Shown here in pieces: positions 20,295 to 29,034 of a DNA stretch of 64,000 nucleotides (the stretch's first letter is position 1; every line of letters begins with the position of its first letter). The DNA comes from Truepera sp. (lineage in GTDB: Bacteria; Deinococcota; Deinococci; Deinococcales; Trueperaceae), in assembly GCA_965218435.1 (NCBI GenBank), contig CBDCKW010000009.1:3232001-3296000 (forward strand). Direction: 5' to 3'. Position numbers and translations under genes: made by a program. The notes under the pieces are model-generated. The model saw only the letters and a list, made by a program, of their open reading frames with translations, was not told the origin of the DNA and did no database searches.

Positions 20295-21350
20295 GTGATC
20301 TGGTATGTGGTTACTCGTGAGCATTTCAGCACCGTCATTGAATACCTTGCAACTTATGGAGGTGCGTTTGCTGCGCGGCCCCGCGTCTTGTTTTACGATC
20401 AGTTAGCGCGAGCACGGCGGTTACCTAGTGGAACCTACATTTTTTCCGACATCGAGCGCTTGACGCCCGCGATGGCCGAGTGCGCGGCCCACGTATGGCA
20501 GGCTCTTAGCGCAGCCGACACGCAGGTTAGGCTGCTCAACCACCCGACACGTTCGCTGCAGCGATTTGAACTCTTGCGCACGCTTTATAAAGATGGCGTC
20601 AATAGATTTGACGTCTACCAGGTGACCGAGCAGCGCGAGCCCGAACGCTTTCCGGTCTTTATCCGCCGCGAGGAGCACGGTGGTTACGTTTCTCCACTGC
20701 TTACCACGCCCGCCGCACTTGCAGCAGCTATTGATAAGTTGAACCATGATGGACATTCACGAGAGGATAAACTTATCGTCGAGTTTTGCGATACGTCTGA
20801 TGCAAAGGGTATATTCCGTAAATATAGTGCGTTCGTCGTTGGAACACAGATCATTCCCGCTCATATCTTCTTTAGCCCTCACTGGTTGGCCAAGCAGATG
20901 TCAGCCGACAAACACAGTCCGGCTATGCTAGAAGAAGAACGCGTTTATATCTATGAAAATTCGCACGCCGACGCGCTTCTAGCCTATGCACAAAGAGCCC
21001 AGATCGAATTCGGCCGGATCGACTACAGCGTTCTTGACGGCTCGCTGCAAATATGGGAGATTAACACCAACCCACAGTTACCAGTACCCCTTGACCGTTA
21101 TGCGGTGGTGCCCCAGCAGGTGCCCCAATTACACGTTTCAATGCAAAAACTTACTGCTGCTTTGGTCGAAGTGGAACGGCAGGGGCAAGCCAAGGGCAAG
21201 CAGGTCGCTATCTCACCTGAAAAAGACGCTCTGCTGATGTGGGCTAAACGTGGGGTGGGCGTCTTACCGCACCGTTATCAACCAGCAGCCAAACGAGTTG
21301 TAAGGCGTTGGTACCGTGCGGGCGTCGCCTCGTGGCAACGGCGCTTCTAA
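20295..21350 (+). CDS. Hypothetical ATP-grasp-like protein (start uncertain; ORF is open from 20238)
   Basis: FPVFIR, FRKYSAFVVG, FGRIDY and WEINTNP resemble ATP-grasp C-terminal motifs. Confidence 0.6.
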   Translation: MIWYVVTREHFSTVIEYLATYGGAFAARPRVLFYDQLARARRLPSGTYIFSDIERLTPAMAECAAHVWQALSAADTQVRLLNHPTRSLQRFELLRTLYKDGVNRFDVYQVTEQREPERFPVFIRREEHGGYVSPLLTTPAALAAAIDKLNHDGHSREDKLIVEFCDTSDAKGIFRKYSAFVVGTQIIPAHIFFSPHWLAKQMSADKHSPAMLEEERVYIYENSHADALLAYAQRAQIEFGRIDYSVLDGSLQIWEINTNPQLPVPLDRYAVVPQQVPQLHVSMQKLTAALVEVERQGQAKGKQVAISPEKDALLMWAKRGVGVLPHRYQPAAKRVVRRWYRAGVASWQRRF

Positions 21351-21749
21351 TGGCCGCGCTTTAGCAGTTGGCCTTCGGCTGAAAAGCCCTTATCACGGAA
21401 AAGATTTTTGTAACACCGATTGTGGGCTCCATCAAAGGCGCCGGCAACGGGACTTAATGAAGTGTAAATCCGGACTTCGCAGCATCCGTGCTCAATCACT
21501 GCATAAGGGCACGTGCATTTCACACATAGACGTCAGCACTTCAGCAGCTAGGTCGCTGTCAAAATCTGGGCGGCTACTACGGCGTCGTCCTCATCAAGTC
21601 CGTCTCAACTAACGATCCGATAACTCGTCAACCAGCTTGCTGATCCTCCACCCTCACACCTATCGAGCCGCGCTTTCTACTCGTATCGAACCACCAAACC
21701 TGGCTCGAGTGGTTGCCTAACCGCTGATAGAGGCAATTACCAATCGTCT

Positions 21750-22835
21750 TTACCGCCCTTTCGCCCGCCGTGCCCCTTTGATGCGTGTGCGCCTCACTTT
21801 ACTTTCACGCCGCGCCTGCTCGCTCTCACTGGTCCACGCTGCCACCTGCTCGGCTTCCTGGATCAGGCGACAGTAATTGCGGAGGCGTTCGGGATCAAGC
21901 TCGCCTACCTTAACAACAGTTTGCACCGCGCAGCCCGGTTCTTGAGTGTGGGTACAGTCGTGGTATACGCACTCAAGGGCGAGCTCAGTGATGTCGGCGA
22001 AGCCCTCGCTGACGTCGGTTGACCACGCACCGATCTCGTGCAGCCCAGGGTTGTCGATAAGCACGCCACCTCTGGGGAGTACGAACACCTCCCGCCAAGT
22101 TGTGGTGTGCCGCCCTTCATCATCACTAGCGCGCACTGCGCCAGTTGGCGCGACCTCAGTACCCAAGAGGCTATTGATGAGCGTAGACTTGCCTACGCCC
22201 GACGAGCCGATGAGGGCGACCGTCGTTCCTTCACTCAGGTAGGGGGCAAGCTCGCTGAGCGTACTAGCTTCAAGCGCAGTCAGGCTATGGACGGGCACCC
22301 CTGGCGCTACTGCTTCGACCTGGTTTAGGTACCTCGGCACGTCATTGCAGAGGTCAGCTTTGTTCAAAATGACGACCGGCTCCGCACCGCCACTTGTAAC
22401 GGCGGTAAGGTAACGCTCGATGCGCCGGACACTGAAATCCTGGTCGAGCGCGGTCACGATAAAGACGTAGTCGATATTGGCGGCGAGCAGCTGTTCTGTG
22501 GCAGTGGCGCTCGTGGGGTCACGACCGGAGCGGGATACCCGAGAGAGATTGGTTTTGCGCTCGAGCACGTGTTTGAGGACAGCCTTGGAACTACCATCTA
22601 CGGGGGTAACCCCGACCCAATCGCCGACGGTAGGCAGCTGCTGCGGTCCAGCCTGTTCATGACGAAACCGACCCGCTAAGGTGGCCGCTGTCAAACCTTG
22701 CTCGGTCTGTACTCGGAACACTGTCCGTTCCACCCCAACGACCCGACCTAGTACCAAGCCATCGTCGCCAAGAGCGTGAAATTGTCTCTTAAAAGTGTGG
22801 GACCACCCTAGAGCAGCTAAAGTTACTGGTTGCAT
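21750..22835 (-). CDS. rsgA: Ribosome small subunit-dependent GTPase A
   Basis: Circularly permuted GTPase with NKADL, GSSGVGKSTL, GRHTTT and IDNPG. Zn finger CVYHDCTHTQEPGC and OB-fold PTVGDWV. Confidence 0.93.
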   Translation of the reverse strand: MQPVTLAALGWSHTFKRQFHALGDDGLVLGRVVGVERTVFRVQTEQGLTAATLAGRFRHEQAGPQQLPTVGDWVGVTPVDGSSKAVLKHVLERKTNLSRVSRSGRDPTSATATEQLLAANIDYVFIVTALDQDFSVRRIERYLTAVTSGGAEPVVILNKADLCNDVPRYLNQVEAVAPGVPVHSLTALEASTLSELAPYLSEGTTVALIGSSGVGKSTLINSLLGTEVAPTGAVRASDDEGRHTTTWREVFVLPRGGVLIDNPGLHEIGAWSTDVSEGFADITELALECVYHDCTHTQEPGCAVQTVVKVGELDPERLRNYCRLIQEAEQVAAWTSESEQARRESKVRRTRIKGARRAKGR

Positions 22836-22922
22836 ATTTTCCACCGTTCGCGTCAAAAAAAGAGTACTTGGCCACAAACGTCATGACAGCATCGTCAGGA
22901 ACGCTTAAGGCTTGTTGTCTTA

Positions 22923-23966
22923 AATCATCTGCGAAATAGCGCCGAAGGAGTCAAAGGACTAAACTAGCAGGATGAAAGCGAGCCGCTTAAAGAGAAAGCC
23001 CAAGCATCTGTATAACTTCACAGGTTTAAGCGTCGAGCAGTTCAAGTTGCTTAGTAAAGCGGTCGAAGTACGCCTTGCCGAACCAAAAGGCACCCAGGGC
23101 AAATTACGTCAACGTGCAGTAGGCGGGGGACGCAAGGCAGAACTAGGGGTAGAGGATCAGGTTTTAGGGGTGCTGCTGTATTACCGTTTGTACCTGACCC
23201 AGCTGCTACTAGGCTACTTATTCAACTTGGATGATAGTAACGTCAGCCGTTTGATCAGCAAACTTCGACCTGTACTACTTGAGGTTCTCCCCTTACCAGC
23301 GCACGAGACAGTTCTTTTTGGTCAAGCTAAAAGAAAGCGTATCGCAAGCCTAGAAGAACTGCTTGAGCAGCATCCTGAGTTCAAGGAAGTCTTGGTTGAT
23401 GCTACCGAGCAAGAAATCCAGAAACCCAAAGACAAGCAAGAACGCAGAGACAAGTATTCAGGTAAGAAAAAGCGACATACGCTCAAGACCCAAATCACTG
23501 CCACCAACACAAAGCTTATCCTTCATGTGACACGTTCTTTACCAGGCAAATTCAGCGACGTCAACGTCCTTAGAGGTACCGGGGTGTTACGAGCTTTACC
23601 TACGGCTACCGAGGTCCGAGTGGACAAAGGATATGACGGTATTGATAAGGATTTTCCCCATAGAACCTTCCATCAGCCCAGCAAAGCTAGAAGAAACAAA
23701 CCCCTGGACTTCATCCAGAAATGCCTCAACAAAGTTCAAAACAGCCTGCGTTTTCCTGTCGAGCACACACTGGCTCACTTGAAACGCTTTAAGCTCTTAG
23801 CGGGTATCTACCGAGGCCCAAAAGCTGTTTATGATGACACTTTCTTAGCTATCGCGGGGCTTCATAACTTCAGAAAGTTAGATGCTCTGGCTTGGTAAGC
23901 CGACTTAAACCCTTTCTCTAAGCCTAGCTACTTTATTCTGATCGTGTACTTATTTCGCAGATGATT
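22923..23966 (+). mobile_element. IS5-family insertion sequence (ISL2-like group)
   Basis: Perfect 16-bp terminal IRs AATCATCTGCGAAATA (22923-22938) and TATTTCGCAGATGATT (23951-23966), flanked by TA on both sides. Lower GC than the flanks. Confidence 0.92.
22972..23898 (+). CDS. IS5-family DDE transposase
   Basis: N-terminal HTH (GGGRK...YYR), VDATE, YSGKKKRH, DKGY and R-x-x-VEH-x4-LKRF. Confidence 0.93.
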   Translation: MKASRLKRKPKHLYNFTGLSVEQFKLLSKAVEVRLAEPKGTQGKLRQRAVGGGRKAELGVEDQVLGVLLYYRLYLTQLLLGYLFNLDDSNVSRLISKLRPVLLEVLPLPAHETVLFGQAKRKRIASLEELLEQHPEFKEVLVDATEQEIQKPKDKQERRDKYSGKKKRHTLKTQITATNTKLILHVTRSLPGKFSDVNVLRGTGVLRALPTATEVRVDKGYDGIDKDFPHRTFHQPSKARRNKPLDFIQKCLNKVQNSLRFPVEHTLAHLKRFKLLAGIYRGPKAVYDDTFLAIAGLHNFRKLDALAW

Positions 23967-23990
23967 TATTAGTTAAGGAAGGCTCGTGAT

Positions 23991-24077
23991 TTAGCGAAGA
24001 GCGGCATAACGGACGGGGCTACCCAGGAACATGACGCTCCGGCTGGTCCGAGCACGGGGCAGATAAACTTGGTTCAC
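23991..24077 (-). CDS. Putative 28-aa leader peptide upstream of rsgA
   Basis: GTG start 8 nt after AAGGAGGTG, encoding MNQVYLPRARTSRSVMFLGSPVRYAALR. Extended -10 TGcTATAGT at 24118-24126. Confidence 0.55.
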   Translation of the reverse strand: MNQVYLPRARTSRSVMFLGSPVRYAALR

Positions 24078-24480
24078 AGGGTTGACACCTCCTTCGTCGT
24101 GTTGAATCTGCACTGACACTATAGCAGCTCACGTACATCTGCGCGACAGGTAGGCGCTCGTGAGGCCAATGGGTATGGCGTGCGGCGTCACGCCGATATT
24201 CGAGCGCAAGTAGCTAAGCGCTCATCCAGGATGAACCGTTCACTTAAATAAGTTGGGCTTGCACCTGGAGTTTTACAACTCGTCTTGAGCGCAGACAAAT
24301 TGTGCGGCGTATCGGCCCGTTAGATGCATAGCCGAGGCACAAACATCATTAGCAACGGTTTTGGGGCGCGCTCTTCGCGGGATACAAAGCGGGCGTAGAC
24401 TTCCCGGTGTTCCGCCACTACCGGGCGTTAGCTGAGCGCTACCCCGACGCCAAAGGTGGTCGTCAGCCGCTTTCATAACG

Positions 24481-24504
24481 AAAAGCCCCGCGTTACGGCG
24501 GGGC
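24481..24504 (-). terminator. Intrinsic terminator of the lipoprotein gene
   Basis: GCCCCGC/GCGGGGC stem followed by TTTT on the minus strand. Confidence 0.7.
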
Positions 24505-24524
24505 CTCGGTCAAGTCATGAAGGC

Positions 24525-25481
24525 TTAGTCGATGACTTCGATGACCTCTTGCGCCTCTTCGATCAGGTCGGCGGCGGCGAGAGCTTTGATCTTCTTGCCG
24601 CGGTGGCCGCGCACCTCTTTGGCGAACGCCTTGAGTTCCTTGATCGCATCCTTGGCCTTGTTGCAGGCGATAGCGGCGGCGGCCTTATCGAGCTTAGCCG
24701 TGAGCGGCTTGCTGACCGCCTTCGGGAGCTTGAGGGCGTTGACCTTTTGGGTCATCTCGGGGACGAGGTTCTTGAGCAGCTTGACCTCGAGCGCTACGTC
24801 GTCAACCGACAACCCGGCGACGCTCTCGGCCCCGACCGACACGCGGAAAGAAACGGTGTGCGCACCGCCATCGGCAAAGTCGGACACGTCGAACTTGACC
24901 TTCTCGTAGCCCTCGGTGAAGCTCTCGTCGGCGCTTTCATCCTCGTCGTCGAAGCTGGCGGCGGAGAACTGGCGGGATTTGTCGCCCAGTTCATCTTCGT
25001 CCTCGACGTCATCCTGGTCATCTGTAACGGGCTTACTGACCGCGATATAACTGAACATCACCTGGCCGTCAACCAGCGCTTCAAGAAGAGCATCGCCTAA
25101 CGCCTCGTCGTACAGGCGGAACTCGAGGCGAGCCTGGCCTTTGGGGATAGTCACGGTCTGCGATAGCGTTTCGGTCGCCCCTGCGGACGCGCCGAACTGC
25201 GCCCAACCCAAACCCTTATGCGGCTCGCCGACCGGGCACGAGGTCACGCAGAGGACGCTCAGCGGGTCGGCGGTCCAAGCTTTCGCGCCCGGCTCGAAGC
25301 CGCCGTCTTTTAGGATATTGACGGGTTTGCCGTGGCCTTTGGCTTCTTGTTTGGTGGAGGTTAGTCCTGGGCCGGTCGGAGCAGCGTCCATGCTGCCGCA
25401 GGCGGTCAGGGACAGAAGGGCAGCCGGTAGGACGGCCAAACGGAGATGACGGTTGAAAAAGGATGCACGACGAGGAGCCAT
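24525..25481 (-). CDS. Lipoprotein with a jelly-roll-like domain, acidic insert and basic helical (FIMAH-like) tail
   Basis: Lipobox LTAC, NILKDGGFE...W, VDDVAL, and C-terminal LKAFAKEVRGHRGKKIKALAAADLIEEA. Confidence 0.7.
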   Translation of the reverse strand: MAPRRASFFNRHLRLAVLPAALLSLTACGSMDAAPTGPGLTSTKQEAKGHGKPVNILKDGGFEPGAKAWTADPLSVLCVTSCPVGEPHKGLGWAQFGASAGATETLSQTVTIPKGQARLEFRLYDEALGDALLEALVDGQVMFSYIAVSKPVTDDQDDVEDEDELGDKSRQFSAASFDDEDESADESFTEGYEKVKFDVSDFADGGAHTVSFRVSVGAESVAGLSVDDVALEVKLLKNLVPEMTQKVNALKLPKAVSKPLTAKLDKAAAAIACNKAKDAIKELKAFAKEVRGHRGKKIKALAAADLIEEAQEVIEVID

Positions 25482-25742
25482 AGGGGTAGAGCCTTTCGGG
25501 GTGATGTAAAGTCTTACTCCTTTTAGTCTAGGCACCAACTCTTACGGAAAACTTACAGCTCCTTGGGGTGAGCCACTGCGCCGTGTTCAGTCTGCACGCC
25601 AAGGGCAATTGTGTAACGCTACGCCGTGTGTGCGCGCGAGTACTACATACCGACTGAGCGTCCGCTTCTTGCAAGTCTAAATGAAATGAACAGCTTAGTT
25701 TTACGGGGATTAAAGGCGTAACCTGAGATTAGGAGGCAACTT

Positions 25743-26750
25743 ATGGACTACCGCTCACTTGGCCGCACCGGCGTCAAAGTCAGCCCCCTTTGCTTGGGCT
25801 GCATGACCTTCGGAGCCAAAACCGAACCCGACGACGCCTACCGGATCGTCGACCGTGCCATGGACGCGGGCATCAACTTTATCGATACAGCCAATGTTTA
25901 TAGTCGGGGTCGGAGCGAAGAAGTGACCGGGGAGGCGCTTAAACGTAACGGTCAGCGCGATAAGGTGGTGCTCGCGACCAAGGTTCATGGGGTCATGGAC
26001 GACAACGACCCTAACGCACAGGGCAACAGCCGTCGCCACATCATCGCGCAGTGCGAGGCGAGCTTGCGCCGCTTGCAAACGGATCACATCGACCTCTATC
26101 AGATTCACCGGCCGCAGCCTGACATTCCTATTGATGAGACGTTGCAAGCACTCGATGACCTCATCCGCAAGGGGTATGTGCGTTATGTCGGCACCAGCAC
26201 CTACGCCGCCTGGCAACTTGTCGAAGCTTTATGGGTCGCCAAAGAACTCGGTCTTAACCGCTTTATCTGTGAACAACCACCCTACAATCTGCTCGACCGC
26301 CGCATCGAACGAGAATTGCTACCGATGGCGCAAACATACGGATTTGCCACTATTCCTTGGAGTCCGCTGGCGGGCGGACTGCTTACCGGTAAATACAGCC
26401 GTGATACACCGCCACCCGCAGAAAGTCGTTACGGCGATGTGCAAAAAGGTTCACCACAAGAGAAGCGGATGACTGAGGCAGCGTTTGACGTCATTGAGGG
26501 TTTAGAACCACTCATTGCCGAAAAAGGCTTCACCATGTCGCAGTTCGCCCTAGCCTGGTGTGTCCAGCAGCCCGGCGTGACCAGCCCAATCATCGGCCCA
26601 CGAACGATGGAACAGCTCGAGGATAACCTTAAAGCGCTCGAGGTCGACGTTTCAGCTGAGGACAGAGCTAAGGTCGACGAGCTTATTGCCCCGGGACAGA
26701 TGGTCTCACCTTTTTACGAAGCGGCGTTCGGTCCTCATCCGTACCGGTAG
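25743..26750 (+). CDS. Aldo/keto reductase
   Basis: IDTANVY, LATK, DLYQIH and WSPLAGGLLTGKY. AGGAGG SD. Confidence 0.95.
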   Translation: MDYRSLGRTGVKVSPLCLGCMTFGAKTEPDDAYRIVDRAMDAGINFIDTANVYSRGRSEEVTGEALKRNGQRDKVVLATKVHGVMDDNDPNAQGNSRRHIIAQCEASLRRLQTDHIDLYQIHRPQPDIPIDETLQALDDLIRKGYVRYVGTSTYAAWQLVEALWVAKELGLNRFICEQPPYNLLDRRIERELLPMAQTYGFATIPWSPLAGGLLTGKYSRDTPPPAESRYGDVQKGSPQEKRMTEAAFDVIEGLEPLIAEKGFTMSQFALAWCVQQPGVTSPIIGPRTMEQLEDNLKALEVDVSAEDRAKVDELIAPGQMVSPFYEAAFGPHPYR

Positions 26751-26927
26751 TGAAAGTACTCATTAGTTCGGTTCATCGGTGTGATGACATGGATTGAAGA
26801 GGTAATGGTTCAATTACGGATGATGGCACTGCTCTCGGGATTTTAGCGGCGCAGAAACCGCGGCGCTTTTGTAGGCGATAAAAGTTTATCTCGAACCGAC
26901 ATAGCCGCCCACTACGTATCTTTGCAG

Positions 26928-26963
26928 AGCAAAAGCCCAACGCAGTGGTGGGCTTTTGCTTTT
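26928..26963. terminator. Bidirectional intrinsic terminator
   Basis: AGCAAAAGCCCA...TGGGCTTTTGCT between convergent genes. Confidence 0.75.
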
Positions 26964-27019
26964 ACGTAAGAAAGGCTTATTGCACCGTTACACTTTTGCT
27001 GATGACTCTAGAAAAGCTG

Positions 27020-28714
27020 CTAATTTGACGATTGCGCAAGAACAAGTTTTTGAACTTTGCCGGTGTTGCCAGCTGGTCCGGCGTTCTCAGTTGTCAGGAC
27101 ATAGATTTCGCCATTTGAGTCTTCCCCGAAGCCAAGCACAAAAAGCTCGAGGTCAGCTAGTTTTTGAACACTCCATAAGCCGCCAGCGTTGCCGGGGTCA
27201 GCAACAAGAAGTTGCCCTTGAGCTTGGTCAAAAGAAGAACTCCAGTCACCGAAAACATACCGGCCTGAAAGTGCTGGAATTGCGCTGCCACGGTAGACGT
27301 AGCCTCCTGTCACCGAACTTCCTGCAATCGGGCTATCTCCCTGATTAGCAAGGTGCGGATATTCGATGATCGGTAGGGTGAGCGGTTCACCATCCGCGCC
27401 GACCCGGTTGCAGGATTCAGGTGACTGATTAGGTTCTTGTGTCGAAAAGCAGTGTGTGCCCTCGAGGACGTTCCAACCGTAGTTAGCCGGCCCATCAACT
27501 AGATAGACGGCTTCCCATAAATTCTGTCCGTTCGTCGTGACGAAAAGGTTATGGTTTCCGCCCCGATCAAATGACATCCGCCACGGGTTACGCCAACCCC
27601 AAGCGTAGATTTCGTCTGCTCCTTGACGCCCAACAAAAGGATTGTCTTGTGGAATGGCGTAGCCTGGATACCCTCGGTCAACGTCAATGCGGAGGATGTT
27701 GCCAAGCATTGACGTGATGTCTTGACCGTTGCCGATGGGTGGATGTCCAACCGCCACGTCGTCGGCTGCGCCCCCATCACCGAGGGAAATATAGAGGTAA
27801 CCGTCTTCAGGACCAAACGCCAATGCCCCACCGTTGTGATTCATCTGCGGCTCGTCTACCTCAAGTAAAACCCTTTCCGAATTAGGATCGGCGACGTTAG
27901 GGTTGTCCTCTGAAACCATGAATTCAGAGATATGCGCGGTGTGGTTCCAGTTGTCAGGTGCCGAGTCACGGAGCGGCGCGCTGTAGTACACATAAAAACG
28001 ACCGTTGTTGGCGTAGTCCGGGTGAAACGCTAGTCCGAGAAAGCCGCGCTCATCGTACTGTTCGTCTAGGTCGACCATCCGGTCGCTGAGGTCGAGAAAG
28101 GGCTGCTTGCGGAGCTGACCGTTTTGGTTGAGGATATAGATTTGCCCCGTCCGATCAACCACAAAGCGGCGTGCGTCGCCAGCTGGCGAGGTGAGAAATA
28201 CCGGTGAGACCAGCCCCTCCGCGACCGTTTGCAGCCGGACGTTGGGTAACCCCTGACTTCCGCCGGCCGTTTGTGTAGCGGTGGTGTCATCGCCTGATAC
28301 TGTCGTCGTTGCCTCTCCTTGCACAACTTCAGCGCCGCCTTCTGACTGAGCGGTTTCGTCTCCCTGCGTCGCCTGACCGGAACGCTGTTGGGCAACCTGC
28401 TCAGCCGTAACCTCGCCAAAGCTGTTGCCCCAACTCGTACGCTCGAAGGTTGCGACAGCGGCGATCTGTTCGTCCGAAAGCTGATCGCGAAACGCCGGCA
28501 TTCCCGCGCCTCCGTTAAGAATGCGGCTGATGTGGTAGTCGGCGCTCTTCAAGTTTTGGTTGCCTGCTAGAGCTGGGCCTGCTCCCCCGGCACCATCAGC
28601 CCCGTGGCAGGCGGCACACTGCTGATAAACTTGCTTCCCTTCGTTTTGTGCCTGGACAGTTAGAAACCCGGCCACAAATACAGCTGAAACAACTACGGCG
28701 ATTTTGCGCTTCAT
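27020..28714 (-). CDS. Cytochrome c domain fused to a PQQ-dependent sugar dehydrogenase beta-propeller
   Basis: Signal peptide, CAACH and GMPAF, a T/Q/G-rich linker, then ERGFLGLAFHPDY, NHNGG, GDGG and GWRNPWR. Confidence 0.9.
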   Translation of the reverse strand: MKRKIAVVVSAVFVAGFLTVQAQNEGKQVYQQCAACHGADGAGGAGPALAGNQNLKSADYHISRILNGGAGMPAFRDQLSDEQIAAVATFERTSWGNSFGEVTAEQVAQQRSGQATQGDETAQSEGGAEVVQGEATTTVSGDDTTATQTAGGSQGLPNVRLQTVAEGLVSPVFLTSPAGDARRFVVDRTGQIYILNQNGQLRKQPFLDLSDRMVDLDEQYDERGFLGLAFHPDYANNGRFYVYYSAPLRDSAPDNWNHTAHISEFMVSEDNPNVADPNSERVLLEVDEPQMNHNGGALAFGPEDGYLYISLGDGGAADDVAVGHPPIGNGQDITSMLGNILRIDVDRGYPGYAIPQDNPFVGRQGADEIYAWGWRNPWRMSFDRGGNHNLFVTTNGQNLWEAVYLVDGPANYGWNVLEGTHCFSTQEPNQSPESCNRVGADGEPLTLPIIEYPHLANQGDSPIAGSSVTGGYVYRGSAIPALSGRYVFGDWSSSFDQAQGQLLVADPGNAGGLWSVQKLADLELFVLGFGEDSNGEIYVLTTENAGPAGNTGKVQKLVLAQSSN

Positions 28715-29034
28715 CGTGTTCCCCCTAACAAATTGGCGGTAGCCAAACGCAGTGTAACCTTTGTCTTTAGCGTTTTAGTTGGCAGCTCCTAACAGTTGTT
28801 CCGTCTTCCAAGCTCTGATCTGATGATGCGCACTGGGCCAGTCCGGCTTGTGCGTGATTACGGCCCAACTCACGCATAAACCATCCACACGCCAAGCTAC
28901 AGCCAAATGTCGGGCGAACCGAAATACATACCAAGGGACAGACCTGTACACCTCAAAACATATAAATGGCGGCTCTCGAGCCTCCCTCGCACAAGTCCAA
29001 ATCATCCCCGTCCGGGTGATAGCATAAAAGCCTG

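Noticed and set aside
21386..21510. Possible SAM-I-like riboswitch (closing stem GCCCTTAT/ATAAGGGC, inner CACGGA/TCCGTG, GGCAAC)
   Set aside because: It lacks the GAGGGA/kink-turn core and no gene follows on that strand. Treated as chance unless cmscan finds a hit.
24456..25100. Long antisense ORFs (also 1165-1761, 57943-58464 and 62177-63211)
   Set aside because: Shadow frames of well-supported opposite-strand genes in GC-rich DNA.
28715..29034. SRP RNA (ffs) upstream of dnaX
   Set aside because: The conserved domain IV motif CAGGTCCGGAAGGAAGCAG is absent.
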